This document shows, piece after piece, positions 19,314-27,543 of a stretch of DNA of 64,000 nucleotides; the first letter of the stretch is position 1; every line of letters starts with the position of its first letter. The notes under the pieces are model-generated. The model was not told the DNA's origin, did not search any database, and saw only the letters and a program-made list of their open reading frames with translations. The DNA comes from a virus, in IMG/VR virus record IMGVR_UViG_3300036770_008166, positions 1 to 64,000 of that record; one strand, 5' to 3'. The position numbers were made by a program, and so were the translations under genes.

Positions 19314-20002
19314 AATACGAGACCATCTATGAAGTGTCTGGGGCTCGTCGACGCCTGGGCAACCGTGCTCATCGCAGGGACCCTTATGCCTGGCGACAGG
19401 ACGGACGCAATCGCGACCAGGATCAACTCGCCTTGTTCACGTTTGAGACTCCGGCCTTGGCAGACAGCGCCCACAATCTCGACTTCCTAATGGCACAGGC
19501 CCGGGGTCATGATCAACGCTATGTGGTCCTGACTGACACCAAGATACAGGTCGCGGGCGAACATGACACAGAACATGTGGCTAACGCGATAGCGCCCCGG
19601 GCATGGCAGCAGGATTTTGCAGAATGGCAGGATGCCAATCATTACGGCAGCGCACCCACAGTGGAAGACACCCGACTGGGCAGCGTGGTGACCTTGCATT
19701 CCTGGCGCCACTGCTTCTGTTTGAAAGAGCATCAAGGCGTGTATGATGTGGCTACGGGTCAACGCATGACCCGTCGTGAAGACATCATCCGTGCGTTCTG
19801 GTCGTTAGGTTTCGCTACCTGGCGTGGTCGCCCTTACAGCATCGCCCGACTGCGCTGGAGCGGCGAGCGCGAAGAACTGGAAGAACTTACTAGTCTGGCC
19901 GGTCGTTACTGGCACAATCGAAATCTCACAGACGTGGCCAAAAAGATCACCAGTGCTCACCGTAGTATCAACCGCTACGCGGCTTGGCCTGGATCATGGT
20001 AG
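19307..20002 (+). CDS. hypothetical protein
   Basis: 231-aa ORF in operon. Confidence 0.65.
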   Translation: MLKYETIYEVSGARRRLGNRAHRRDPYAWRQDGRNRDQDQLALFTFETPALADSAHNLDFLMAQARGHDQRYVVLTDTKIQVAGEHDTEHVANAIAPRAWQQDFAEWQDANHYGSAPTVEDTRLGSVVTLHSWRHCFCLKEHQGVYDVATGQRMTRREDIIRAFWSLGFATWRGRPYSIARLRWSGEREELEELTSLAGRYWHNRNLTDVAKKITSAHRSINRYAAWPGSW

Positions 20003-20011
20003 GATTGCTGT

Positions 20012-20230
20012 ATGGATGACATCGAATCACGTTTCCCTTATGAATGCCGCACATCGCATTCTCATGATGAAGTGGTGCCTTGGTGTGAAGAACATTTTGG
20101 TGAGTTCGACGATCGCTGGTATAGATACGGTACTGACATAGCCCATGGCCTCTGGAACTGGCCCATTGTCGATTACTATCGCTTCCGCGATGAGCAGGCA
20201 GCCATATTGTTCCAACTGAAGTGGTCTTGA
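20012..20230 (+). CDS. small hypothetical phage protein
   Basis: WC.E.FG...FRDEQAAILFQLKWS C-terminal motif. Confidence 0.6.
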   Translation: MDDIESRFPYECRTSHSHDEVVPWCEEHFGEFDDRWYRYGTDIAHGLWNWPIVDYYRFRDEQAAILFQLKWS

Positions 20231-20493
20231 TACCCAGGCACCGTGCCCATGACTTGGTGCTCTGGCTGGATCGGGAGGTCAGCGCCAATCGTCCTTATGC
20301 CATGCCCGATGCTGAGCGCACCGCGGCGAGCCGTTTCAATCCCTACTACGTGAGTGCCACGGCACAGATCGCGATCTGGCAGGGCGAGGGGGATCTCTGG
20401 CGGGTGCGACAGAGCAGCCGCGATCGCTGGCTCCAGGTGGAGTGCCAAGATCCTCACATCGAGACCGTGATCGGGCTGCGGTTCGGAGAATAA
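20221..20493 (+). CDS. hypothetical protein
   Basis: Coupled ORF ending the operon. Confidence 0.5.
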   Translation: MVLIPRHRAHDLVLWLDREVSANRPYAMPDAERTAASRFNPYYVSATAQIAIWQGEGDLWRVRQSSRDRWLQVECQDPHIETVIGLRFGE

Positions 20494-20658
20494 AAAACCG
20501 TTCTAGGGCGGTGCTGACCATTTGGCCTATTGTACGCCGTCAGCTAGCGAGGTATTGTACCGCTGCCATACCGAAACCGACAAAGGTTATGCTCACCATG
20601 ATCCCTGCTTGTATTATCACAGGGATCACGCAGAGCATCAACACTCGGTCAGCGATGT

Positions 20659-21669
20659 TCACCGCTGGATCTGGTTCCAAACACGCTGCCGGATCTGCTC
20701 TGTGAGAGCGTCAGGCAAGGGCACATAGTCCAGTTCCAGCGCGGCTTTCTTACCGTTGCGGAATGACCAGTCAAAGAATTTCAGCACTTCTGCTGACGCT
20801 GCCTTGTTCTCTGGATCCCGGTACATGATGATGAAACTGGCAGTAGAGATAGGCCAGGCCGTGGCACCGGGTTGGTCCACGATGGAGATTCCCATGCCCG
20901 GAGTGGAGAACCAATCTGCGCCAGCGGCAGCCGCAGCAAAGGTGGTGTCATCTGGACGCACGAACTTGCCGTCCCGGTTCTGCATCTGGAAGTAGGGCAG
21001 ATTGTTCTTCTTGGCATAGGCATATTCCACATAGCCGATGGCACCCTTCACACGGGCTACGTTGGCGGCCACGCCCTCGTTGCCCTTGCCGCCGATGGAA
21101 GAGGCTGCAGGCCACTTCACGGCAGCACCCTTGCCAACCTTCTCAGCCCACAGTTTGGAACTTACAGTGAGATAGTCAGTGAAGTTGAAAGTGGTGCCCG
21201 AGCCGTCTGCACGATGCACCACGGTGATGGTCTGGTCAGGCAGTTTCTTGCCCGGATTCAAGGCAGCAATCTTGGGATCGTTCCAGTTCACGATCCAGCC
21301 CATGAACATCTCAGCCAGCACAGCACCTGTGATGCGCAGTTCGCCCTGGGCGAAGCCATCCAGATTGAAGATAGGCACTGTGCCACCGATCACGGCGGGA
21401 AACTGCACCTGACCACGCTCGGCCAACTTGTCACCGGCCACAGGAGCATCAGTGGCTCCAAAGGTCACAGTCTTGCCGTTGATCTGGCGGATGCCGCCGG
21501 ACGAACCGATGCTCTGATAGTTCAGTGACACGCCAGAGTCTTTCTTGTACATCTCGGCCCATTTGGCGTAAATGGGATAAGGGAACGTGGCGCCTGCGCC
21601 CGTGATGGTCGTGGCCCAGGCCACGGTACCCATGGTCATGCAGGCCAGGGCAGCGATGATTTTCTTCAT
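20659..21669 (-). CDS. pstS: phosphate ABC transporter substrate-binding protein
   Basis: Signal peptide, GAGATFPYP, YQSIGSSGG, HRADGSGTT and GKGNEGV; AAGGAG RBS. Confidence 0.95.
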   Translation of the reverse strand: MKKIIAALACMTMGTVAWATTITGAGATFPYPIYAKWAEMYKKDSGVSLNYQSIGSSGGIRQINGKTVTFGATDAPVAGDKLAERGQVQFPAVIGGTVPIFNLDGFAQGELRITGAVLAEMFMGWIVNWNDPKIAALNPGKKLPDQTITVVHRADGSGTTFNFTDYLTVSSKLWAEKVGKGAAVKWPAASSIGGKGNEGVAANVARVKGAIGYVEYAYAKKNNLPYFQMQNRDGKFVRPDDTTFAAAAAGADWFSTPGMGISIVDQPGATAWPISTASFIIMYRDPENKAASAEVLKFFDWSFRNGKKAALELDYVPLPDALTEQIRQRVWNQIQR

Positions 21670-21711
21670 TGATTTCTCCTTGTAATAGTGCGATAGCACT
21701 AAACCTACTTA

Positions 21712-21740
21712 GTGACCGTTATATTACAATATTATGACTG
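21712..21740 (-). promoter_or_regulatory. Pho box (three 11-bp-period half sites) upstream of pstS
   Basis: Minus strand reads CAGTCATAATA-TTGTAATATAA-CGGTCAC, versus PhoB consensus CTGTCAT-N4. Confidence 0.75.
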
Positions 21741-22730
21741 TGTGGGCACCAGGTTGTCCCGGAATATCTCCCAGGCCCGCTGCCATGACCAACGTTCACT
21801 GCCTTGCCATACCGATCTGCGATCCAACTCAATGGCCTGCTGTGTTGCTCGCCAGAGATCCCTATGCATCACGCCTGTGACACCGGCATCGATCACGTCC
21901 AAGGGTCCGGGCGCAGGGTAGGCCGCCACTGGAGTGCCACAGGCCATGGCTTCGATCATGACGATGCCGAAGGTCTCCCAACGGCTAGGGAACACGAACG
22001 CATCTGCCATCTGATAGTACGAGGCCAGTTCTCGCCCGGTCTTGAACCCTACGAACTCTACTTCAGGATAACGGCGTTCATACTCTGCTCGCATGGGACC
22101 GTCTCCTACCATGATCTTCCTGTAGCCTGCCGCGGGCATGGCCAGGAAATCTTCCAGATTCTTTTCTTCGCTCACCCGGCTTACACACACCAACACACCG
22201 GTTCCTGATCCACCCAGACGAGGAGTAAAGATGTCTCGATCCACCCCGCGGGTCCATGCGATCACATTGCCGCTGAAGCCCTGATCCTGCAGTTCCGACA
22301 CCATGGTTTCCGTCGTGGTCAGCACACGGCCAGCATGGCGATGGAACCAACGCACATAGCTCCAGGTTATGGCTTCGGGCACACCTACCAACTGATGTAT
22401 GGCTTCAGGAAAGCGAGTGTGGTAAGCAGTATTGTAGCGAAGACCACGTTTTGAAAGATATTTTCTAGCGCACAGACCCACAGGACCCTCTGTGGCGATG
22501 TGGATATGATCCGCACCTGCCGCCTCAATCTTCTCGCCCATTTCCCGGGGAATGGCAATCTTGAGTTCGTTGTAGCCAGGACAATCAAAGTAGCGGAACT
22601 GCCCGGGATCAATGTAAACAATGCTATATCCCGCCAGAACCGCATGAGCTTCAATGTTTTTGTAGGTAGTGACCACGCCATTGATCTGATCCGGTAGGTT
22701 GTCTGTTATGATGAGGATCGTTTTTGACAT
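21732..22730 (-). CDS. GT4 glycosyltransferase (Agt-like glycolipid synthase)
   Basis: QINGVVTT, HIATEGPVG, YHTRFPE, SRVSEEKN and FPSRWETFGIVMIEAMACGTPVAA. Confidence 0.8.
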   Translation of the reverse strand: MSKTILIITDNLPDQINGVVTTYKNIEAHAVLAGYSIVYIDPGQFRYFDCPGYNELKIAIPREMGEKIEAAGADHIHIATEGPVGLCARKYLSKRGLRYNTAYHTRFPEAIHQLVGVPEAITWSYVRWFHRHAGRVLTTTETMVSELQDQGFSGNVIAWTRGVDRDIFTPRLGGSGTGVLVCVSRVSEEKNLEDFLAMPAAGYRKIMVGDGPMRAEYERRYPEVEFVGFKTGRELASYYQMADAFVFPSRWETFGIVMIEAMACGTPVAAYPAPGPLDVIDAGVTGVMHRDLWRATQQAIELDRRSVWQGSERWSWQRAWEIFRDNLVPTQS

Positions 22731-22885
22731 TGGGCGTCTATCCGGAACGATCGGAATTTCAGTTCCCATCTAATGGATTCCGCTGCTGCCTGGCACGCTG
22801 CCTGGCTGGGCATCTCGATCTCCACCCTTCCTGGAACGTCTTGGGGATCGTTCATGTGTACCGCCAGTATGATCAGTATCCACAT
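22706..22885 (-). CDS. small secreted/membrane protein (59 aa)
   Basis: MWILIILAVHMNDPQDVPGRVEI...C...C with AAGGAG upstream. Below the ORF-track cutoff. Confidence 0.45.
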   Translation of the reverse strand: MWILIILAVHMNDPQDVPGRVEIEMPSQAACQAAAESIRWELKFRSFRIDAQCQKRSSS

Positions 22886-23639
22886 CGTCCTTCTCCTTGG
22901 TCCAGGTCACTATCTCCCAGCGACCGTCATGATGTTCTACTAGAGCGGTACAGGATTCTACCCAGTCACCGTCGTTCATGTAGCGTATGCCGTCAATATC
23001 TTTGATCTCTGCGTGATGTATGTGTCCACAGATCACTCCGTCGAATCCACGCTTGCGGCAGTAGGTGGCCAGGTTGCGTTCAAACTCAAATATGAAATCC
23101 ACGGCCTTTTTGACTCTGTGTTTGAGATAACGGCTCAGGCTCCAATAGCCCAGACCTAACCTGCGGCGTATGGCGTTAAAACGGCTGTTGAGATCCAGCA
23201 CGAAGTCATAGGCCTTGTCGCCCAGGAAACCCAGCCAAGGAGCCAGGCGTGTGATGCCATCGAACATGTCTCCATGCACCACCAGATAGCGATGGCCATC
23301 TGCGCCCTGATGTTCAGCCTGATTGGCTATCTCGATCTGGCCAAATGATATGCCAAACGGTATCATGGGTCTCAAGAACTCGTCGTGGTTGCCTGCTATG
23401 AACACCACCCGGGTGCCGCGTTTGGCATGTCCCAGTATGCGACGAACCACGTTGGTGTGTGATTGTTTCCAGCGCCACCGGTTCTGCTGTATCTTCCAGG
23501 CGTCGATGATGTCGCCCACAAGATACAGGGTGTCGCAGGTGTGATGTTTGAGGAAGTTGTTGAGCCGGTCTGCCTGGCAATCTCGGGTGCCAAGATGCAC
23601 GTCGGAAATGAATATGCTTCGGTAGGTATGCGGCATCAC
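22770..23639 (-). CDS. LpxH-like metallophosphoesterase, PlcP-type phospholipase C
   Basis: ISDVHLG, LVGDIID, GNHD, HGD, CGHIH and NDGDWVES; adjacent to GT4 and pstS. Confidence 0.8.
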   Translation of the reverse strand: MMPHTYRSIFISDVHLGTRDCQADRLNNFLKHHTCDTLYLVGDIIDAWKIQQNRWRWKQSHTNVVRRILGHAKRGTRVVFIAGNHDEFLRPMIPFGISFGQIEIANQAEHQGADGHRYLVVHGDMFDGITRLAPWLGFLGDKAYDFVLDLNSRFNAIRRRLGLGYWSLSRYLKHRVKKAVDFIFEFERNLATYCRKRGFDGVICGHIHHAEIKDIDGIRYMNDGDWVESCTALVEHHDGRWEIVTWTKEKDDVDTDHTGGTHERSPRRSRKGGDRDAQPGSVPGSSGIH

Positions 23640-23678
23640 ACAAATATTTACTGTGATGCCGCTGCCTGTTAAAGACTA

Positions 23679-24617
23679 CTATGACCGAATTGTGACTACT
23701 CTGGTCTTCCAAAGGCTGTACGCGATACCGCCCGCTATCAAACCAAATGTAAGGCCCAGCGTGAGCAGGGCCGGCAACTTGATGCCGATCATCATGAGCA
23801 CGATCTTGATGCCGATCAAGACCAGGATCAAGGCCAAGGCATACTTGAGATAGTGGAAACGATGTATCATCGCCGACAGGGCAAAGTACAAGGCTCTGAG
23901 TCCGAGGATAGCAAAGATGTTTGATGTATACACCAAGAACGGATCCTGCGTTATGGCCAGGATGGCCGGTACCGAATCCACTGCAAATATGATGTCAGCG
24001 AAGTTCACCAGGACCAAGGCCACCAACAACGGAGTAAAGTATCGGACGCCGTTTTCTTTGAACCAGAAACTGTGCCCACGATACTCCTTGGTGAGATTCA
24101 TCTTGCTCTTCATCCAGCGATAGATCACGCTGTTCTCAAAGTCCGGACCATCGTTCTCTTTGACATACAGCATCTTGACGCCTGTGTAGATCAAGAACGC
24201 GCCAAAGAACCACAAGATCCACTGCCACTCTGACACAGCCGCGGCACCAAACCCTATGAATATAGCCCGGAACACCAGGGCCATGAGTATGCCCCATACC
24301 AACACTCGATGCTCGTAGATCCTTGGTATTCCTAAGAAAGCGAATATCAGTGCGAACACGAAAACGTTGTCCAGGCTCAGGCTTTTTTCTACCAGGAATC
24401 CGGTATAGTACAGCAAGGCATCGTCTGGGCCACGCCACCACCATACGCCCAGACCAAACAACAGGGCAATGGCGATGTAGAAGGCCGATAACCAGAGACT
24501 TTCTTTGACACCGATTTCGTGATCAGTTTTGTGCAGCACACCAAGATCAAAGGCCAACAGAGCAAACACTATGAGCAGGAAAACAGCCCAGGGCAACAGG
24601 GTCATGAATTCCATCAT
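23679..24617 (-). CDS. TerC/Alx family membrane protein (Mn homeostasis)
   Basis: EKSLSLDNVFVF, DIIFAVDSVPA and SNIFAILGLRALYF. Confidence 0.9.
   Translation of the reverse strand: MMEFMTLLPWAVFLLIVFALLAFDLGVLHKTDHEIGVKESLWLSAFYIAIALLFGLGVWWWRGPDDALLYYTGFLVEKSLSLDNVFVFALIFAFLGIPRIYEHRVLVWGILMALVFRAIFIGFGAAAVSEWQWILWFFGAFLIYTGVKMLYVKENDGPDFENSVIYRWMKSKMNLTKEYRGHSFWFKENGVRYFTPLLVALVLVNFADIIFAVDSVPAILAITQDPFLVYTSNIFAILGLRALYFALSAMIHRFHYLKYALALILVLIGIKIVLMMIGIKLPALLTLGLTFGLIAGGIAYSLWKTRVVTIRS
23681..23698 (-). promoter_or_regulatory. Pho box upstream of the plcP-like gene
   Basis: Minus strand reads TAGTCAC-AATT-CGGTCAT, 11-bp period. Confidence 0.55.
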
Positions 24618-24742
24618 CGGATCCTAAAACGAGCGTGGCCGATGATCCAGTCTTGCTGTGTAGGATCCAGTCGTTTGATTATCGCGTACAGTGAGGCTAC
24701 AACTAAGAATGGCAGTGATGCCAATGAGGCAAAGGTACCCAT
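24614..24742 (-). CDS. 42-aa small protein between riboswitch and terC
   Basis: AAGGAG RBS; MGTFASLASLPFLVVASLYAIIKRLDPTQQDWIIGHARFRIR*; stop overlaps the terC ATG. Confidence 0.55.
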   Translation of the reverse strand: MGTFASLASLPFLVVASLYAIIKRLDPTQQDWIIGHARFRIR

Positions 24743-24761
24743 TTCTCTCTCCTTGAGTAAA

Positions 24762-24847
24762 ATGGTCTTGCCTCTTCGTTCGCAGACCGGGTATCTCTAC
24801 CGTGTTGACGATCTGCAAAGCCCACCCTTGGGCTGGCTACTCCCCAT
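24762..24847 (-). promoter_or_regulatory. yybP-ykoY (Mn2+) riboswitch
   Basis: Minus strand reads ATGGGGAGTAGC...CGTCAACA...GGCAAGACCAT, upstream of terC. Confidence 0.85.
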
Positions 24848-24858
24848 AGATATTTATG

Positions 24859-24887
24859 TTGACCGCAAGAGAAAGATATGCTACAAT
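24859..24887 (+). promoter_or_regulatory. sigma70-type promoter for tRNA(CAT)
   Basis: TTGACC-N17-TACAAT. Confidence 0.7.
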
Positions 24888-24896
24888 AGTTCATTG

Positions 24897-24971
24897 GCCC
24901 CGGTAGCTTAATGGTAAAGCAATCGACTCATAATCGACAGAGTGCGGGTTCAATTCCTGCCCGGGGCACCA
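24897..24971 (+). tRNA. tRNA with CAT anticodon (Ile2-like, or elongator Met)
   Basis: GCCCCGG/CCGGGGC acceptor, GACTCATAATCG arm as in tRNA-Ile2, TTCAA T-loop, CCA. Confidence 0.85.
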
Positions 24972-24989
24972 CTGAACAGAGGAATCACC

Positions 24990-25190
24990 ATGAAAAAAGA
25001 AATTTTGAAGGCAGTGCGCGGTAATCTTGAAGCGCGCATACGCGATGGAGAAATCCGCATCGCAGTGCTGTTGGCCAACCCTACAGTGATTCCTGATCAC
25101 ATGAACATCACCGAAAGCATCGAGCAAGAACTAGAACGCATGGCCGATGCCGCAGACAAACTGGCTGTGCTGGAGAAACACTTTGAGTGA
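24990..25190 (+). CDS. hypothetical phage protein
   Basis: GAGGA RBS; 66 aa. Confidence 0.6.
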   Translation: MKKEILKAVRGNLEARIRDGEIRIAVLLANPTVIPDHMNITESIEQELERMADAADKLAVLEKHFE

Positions 25191-25200
25191 CGGCAAAAAA

Positions 25201-25416
25201 ATGCGGATAGAATTCGCACCTGGTGCGTTTGACACATTCGATGGAACTCAAGAGGAACTGGATGCCTTGGTAGCCGAACTTGAACGCATGGCCGAATCCG
25301 GCGAACTGGAAGCGAACTCCGTGGCCTTGGAAGACTGGGACGACCTCGACGACCAAGATCGCGACATCATTGCCGATGCTTTGGAACGTATGCAACCGCC
25401 GCGCAGCCTTAACTAA
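25201..25416 (+). CDS. acidic hypothetical protein
   Basis: IEFAPGAFDTFDGTQEELD. Confidence 0.6.
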   Translation: MRIEFAPGAFDTFDGTQEELDALVAELERMAESGELEANSVALEDWDDLDDQDRDIIADALERMQPPRSLN

Positions 25417-25449
25417 ATTATGATCCATTTACCAACGGTAAATACCAAA

Positions 25450-25696
25450 TTGTTGTAATTCCTTCAATGAGGATGTGTTCAAGACGCGGGTTCGAATCCC
25501 GCCACCTCCACCCAAGTATATCGAAAAGTGTATTTGGGTGGGGGTGCTCCGGCAATCGATTGGGCAAGCAATCAAAGACGGCAACAGGAGAGTCGACTGA
25601 CCTAATCAGCGAAAAACCATAGACGCCAATGACAGTGTCTACGCACGGGCCGCTTGAACCCTGCCGGGGTAGCTATACCTTGTAACCCAAAATAGC
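25450..25696 (+). ncRNA. ssrA: circularly permuted (two-piece) tmRNA, tag (A)ANDSVYARAA
   Basis: T-arm and CACCTCC-A-CC (to 25512) precede GGGGGTG (25540), giving G3-U70. Tag ORF at 25625-25657; 3' pseudoknot. Ends approximate. Confidence 0.85.
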
Positions 25697-25722
25697 GATA
25701 GGCCTTAGGGCCTATCTTTTTT
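25697..25722 (+). terminator. intrinsic terminator
   Basis: GATAGGCC-TTAG-GGCCTATC-TTTTTT. Confidence 0.85.
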
Positions 25723-25725
25723 CCC

Positions 25726-25762
25726 ATTACGATAGTCTATGATGCCCATAGAAAAAAATAAT
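25726..25762 (+). promoter_or_regulatory. OxyR-like operator upstream of ahpCD
   Basis: ATTA-N7-CTAT-N7-ATAG-N7-TAAT, followed by TTGACT-N18-TATAGT. Confidence 0.55.
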
Positions 25763-25865
25763 GAAAAATCAAGAAAAAACATTGACTCTATGATATATAA
25801 TCGTGTATAGTAGAAACACTGAGACAGGGTGTCTCAATCGACGAAATAAAGGAACCCCAAAAAAT

Positions 25866-26426
25866 ATGAAAACCGTAGGCGACAAAATCGAACCATTCAT
25901 CGTGACAGGTGTAAATCCTGGCAGCGACAAGTTTTTTGACATCACCGAACACAGTTTCGCAGGCAAGTGGCGAGTGATCGTGTTTTATCCCAAAGACTTC
26001 ACATTCGTGTGTCCCACGGAGATCGTGGCATACGACCGATTGTTCAAGGACTTTGAGGAGCGTGACGCTGTGTTGCTCACAGGATCGACTGACAACGAGT
26101 TCTGCAAACTGGGCTGGCAGGCTGCGCACAAAGATCTTGCCAAGATCCGTCATGTACAATTTGCCGACACACAGCGTGGCGAACTGAGCCTGGTTGATCA
26201 ATTGGGTGTGTTCTTTGCTCCCGCAGGGGCCGCACTCCGCGCTACTTTCATCGTGGACCCTGAGGGCGTGATCCAGCATGTCACAGTGAACAATCTCAAT
26301 GTTGGCCGCAGTGCCGAAGAAACGCTGCGTGTGCTGGATGCGCTACAGACCGGCGAACTGTGCGAATGCAACCGTCAGGTGGGTGCTGACACACTTGAGA
26401 GTAAAAAACTCAAGAAGGCCACTTGA
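25866..26426 (+). CDS. ahpC: peroxiredoxin
   Basis: FYPKDFTFVCPTEI, RATFIVDPEG and VGRSAEETLR..DALQ. Confidence 0.95.
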   Translation: MKTVGDKIEPFIVTGVNPGSDKFFDITEHSFAGKWRVIVFYPKDFTFVCPTEIVAYDRLFKDFEERDAVLLTGSTDNEFCKLGWQAAHKDLAKIRHVQFADTQRGELSLVDQLGVFFAPAGAALRATFIVDPEGVIQHVTVNNLNVGRSAEETLRVLDALQTGELCECNRQVGADTLESKKLKKAT

Positions 26427-26428
26427 TC

Positions 26429-26941
26429 ATGCAGTGGGTTGATCAACTCAAAGAAGGCCTGCCCGACTACGCCAAGGACACTCGGCTCAACATCGATGCC
26501 GTGGTCAAACGATCAACATTGGTCGCGGAAGAAGCCGAAGCCGTGGCCTTGGCTGCTGTGTTTGCCACAGGCAATACAAAATTGTGGACCTGGATGCAGA
26601 TCCAGATTGCCGATCAACGGGAGGCCGAGGCTGCGATCACTGCCGCATCGTTGATGGCCATGAACAATGTTTGGTATCCCTATGTTGAGATGGCAGATGA
26701 TGCCAATCTCACAGGACTACCGGCACAGTTGAGGATGAACGCTATAGCCACCCACGGTGGCACCACCAAGGCTCGTTTCGAAGCCTATAGTTTGGCCGCT
26801 AGTATCGTAGGCAAATGTCATTTCTGTGTGAAAGCACACTATGAAACGCTGAAGACGGAAGGTTACACAGTGGAGCAACTGAGAGATATTGGTCGGATCG
26901 CGGCTGTGATGACTGCAGTGAGCCGGGTAATGGCTTCCTAA
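26429..26941 (+). CDS. ahpD: alkylhydroperoxidase AhpD
   Basis: LPDYAKD, MAMNNVWY, LRMN and CHFCVKAH. Confidence 0.9.
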   Translation: MQWVDQLKEGLPDYAKDTRLNIDAVVKRSTLVAEEAEAVALAAVFATGNTKLWTWMQIQIADQREAEAAITAASLMAMNNVWYPYVEMADDANLTGLPAQLRMNAIATHGGTTKARFEAYSLAASIVGKCHFCVKAHYETLKTEGYTVEQLRDIGRIAAVMTAVSRVMAS

Positions 26942-26948
26942 TCAGAGG

Positions 26949-26977
26949 TTGACAGGTATAAATAAAACCAGTACAAT
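26949..26977 (+). promoter_or_regulatory. sigma70 promoter with nested T4-late motif
   Basis: TTGACA-N17-TACAAT; TATAAATA at 26957-26964. Confidence 0.75.
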
Positions 26978-26984
26978 TATGACT

Positions 26985-27077
26985 ATGATGAACTTCGCTC
27001 ACCGCAATCAAACAACCACACTGGCACTAGAGTGGCTGTGTGGCTATGACCTGATTGATTGGGAGGGGTCCAGGTAG
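26985..27077 (+). CDS. putative attenuator leader peptide MMNFAHRNQTTTLALEWLCGYDLIDWEGSR
   Basis: Short ORF at the predicted TSS (alternative in-frame ATG 26979). Its 3' end forms the 5' arm of an antiterminator. Confidence 0.65.
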   Translation: MMNFAHRNQTTTLALEWLCGYDLIDWEGSR

Positions 27078-27108
27078 ATCGAATTGTAAACGATTAGAAC
27101 CTACAAGG

Positions 27109-27142
27109 ACCCTGGCATAAACACCCAGGGTTTTTTGTTTTT
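27109..27142 (+). terminator. attenuator terminator overlapping an antiterminator
   Basis: ACCCTGG/CCAGGGT plus TTTTTGTTTTT. The 5' arm is shared with the GGGGTCC(27065-71)/GGACCCT(27107-13) helix. Confidence 0.75.
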
Positions 27143-27264
27143 GGCGCCAGGTAACGAGGACCAGCCAGCGCGGTACAAAAGGGCAAACGGGCGGACAAGA
27201 CCCATGAAAGATCGGCGATCCCGATCCGGTAAGACTCTTGGGCAGGACACGATCCTGTCTATGG

Positions 27265-27293
27265 TTGACCACAAAACTCTTTTCGTGTAGAAT
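27265..27293 (+). promoter_or_regulatory. internal sigma70-type promoter overlapped by an inverted repeat
   Basis: TTGACC-N17-TAGAAT; ACCACAAAAC (27268-77) / GTTTTGTGGT (27296-305). Confidence 0.5.
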
Positions 27294-27304
27294 GTGTTTT
27301 GTGG

Positions 27305-27539
27305 TACCATATTGAAGCGCATTTTGATGCCTATAGGGTCGTGGAATTGATCACCCACGATACGGCAAGAGATGAGTGCGCTTCGATATGGTAAGAGAGG
27401 GGTGGCAAGTAAGTGTTCTCTTATGCACTGAGGGCTGGAATTCCCGAGCCGGCAACACCGGCACCATATCAAAACACATTGGAGATAAGCAGGAACAGAT
27501 CCGGATCTGGTCGCCTCGTCCAGTGTGTTTTGTTATGGT
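27305..27539 (+). repeat. two related long hairpins in the tRNA-array leader
   Basis: TACCATATTGAAGCGCATT/AGTGCGCTTCGATATGGTA and ACCATATCAAAACACATTGGA/TCCAGTGTGTTTTGTTATGGT. Confidence 0.7.
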
Positions 27540-27543
27540 TTCT

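Noticed and set aside
20659-26941. Host chromosomal contamination or a prophage boundary
   Set aside because: Host-like genes are interspersed with phage-type small ORFs and late-like motifs, pstS lacks pstCAB, and no integrase or att site is seen.
27268-27539. Repeated elements as a CRISPR array
   Set aside because: They are inverted-repeat stems with divergent sequence, not identical direct repeats with regular spacers, and there are no cas genes.
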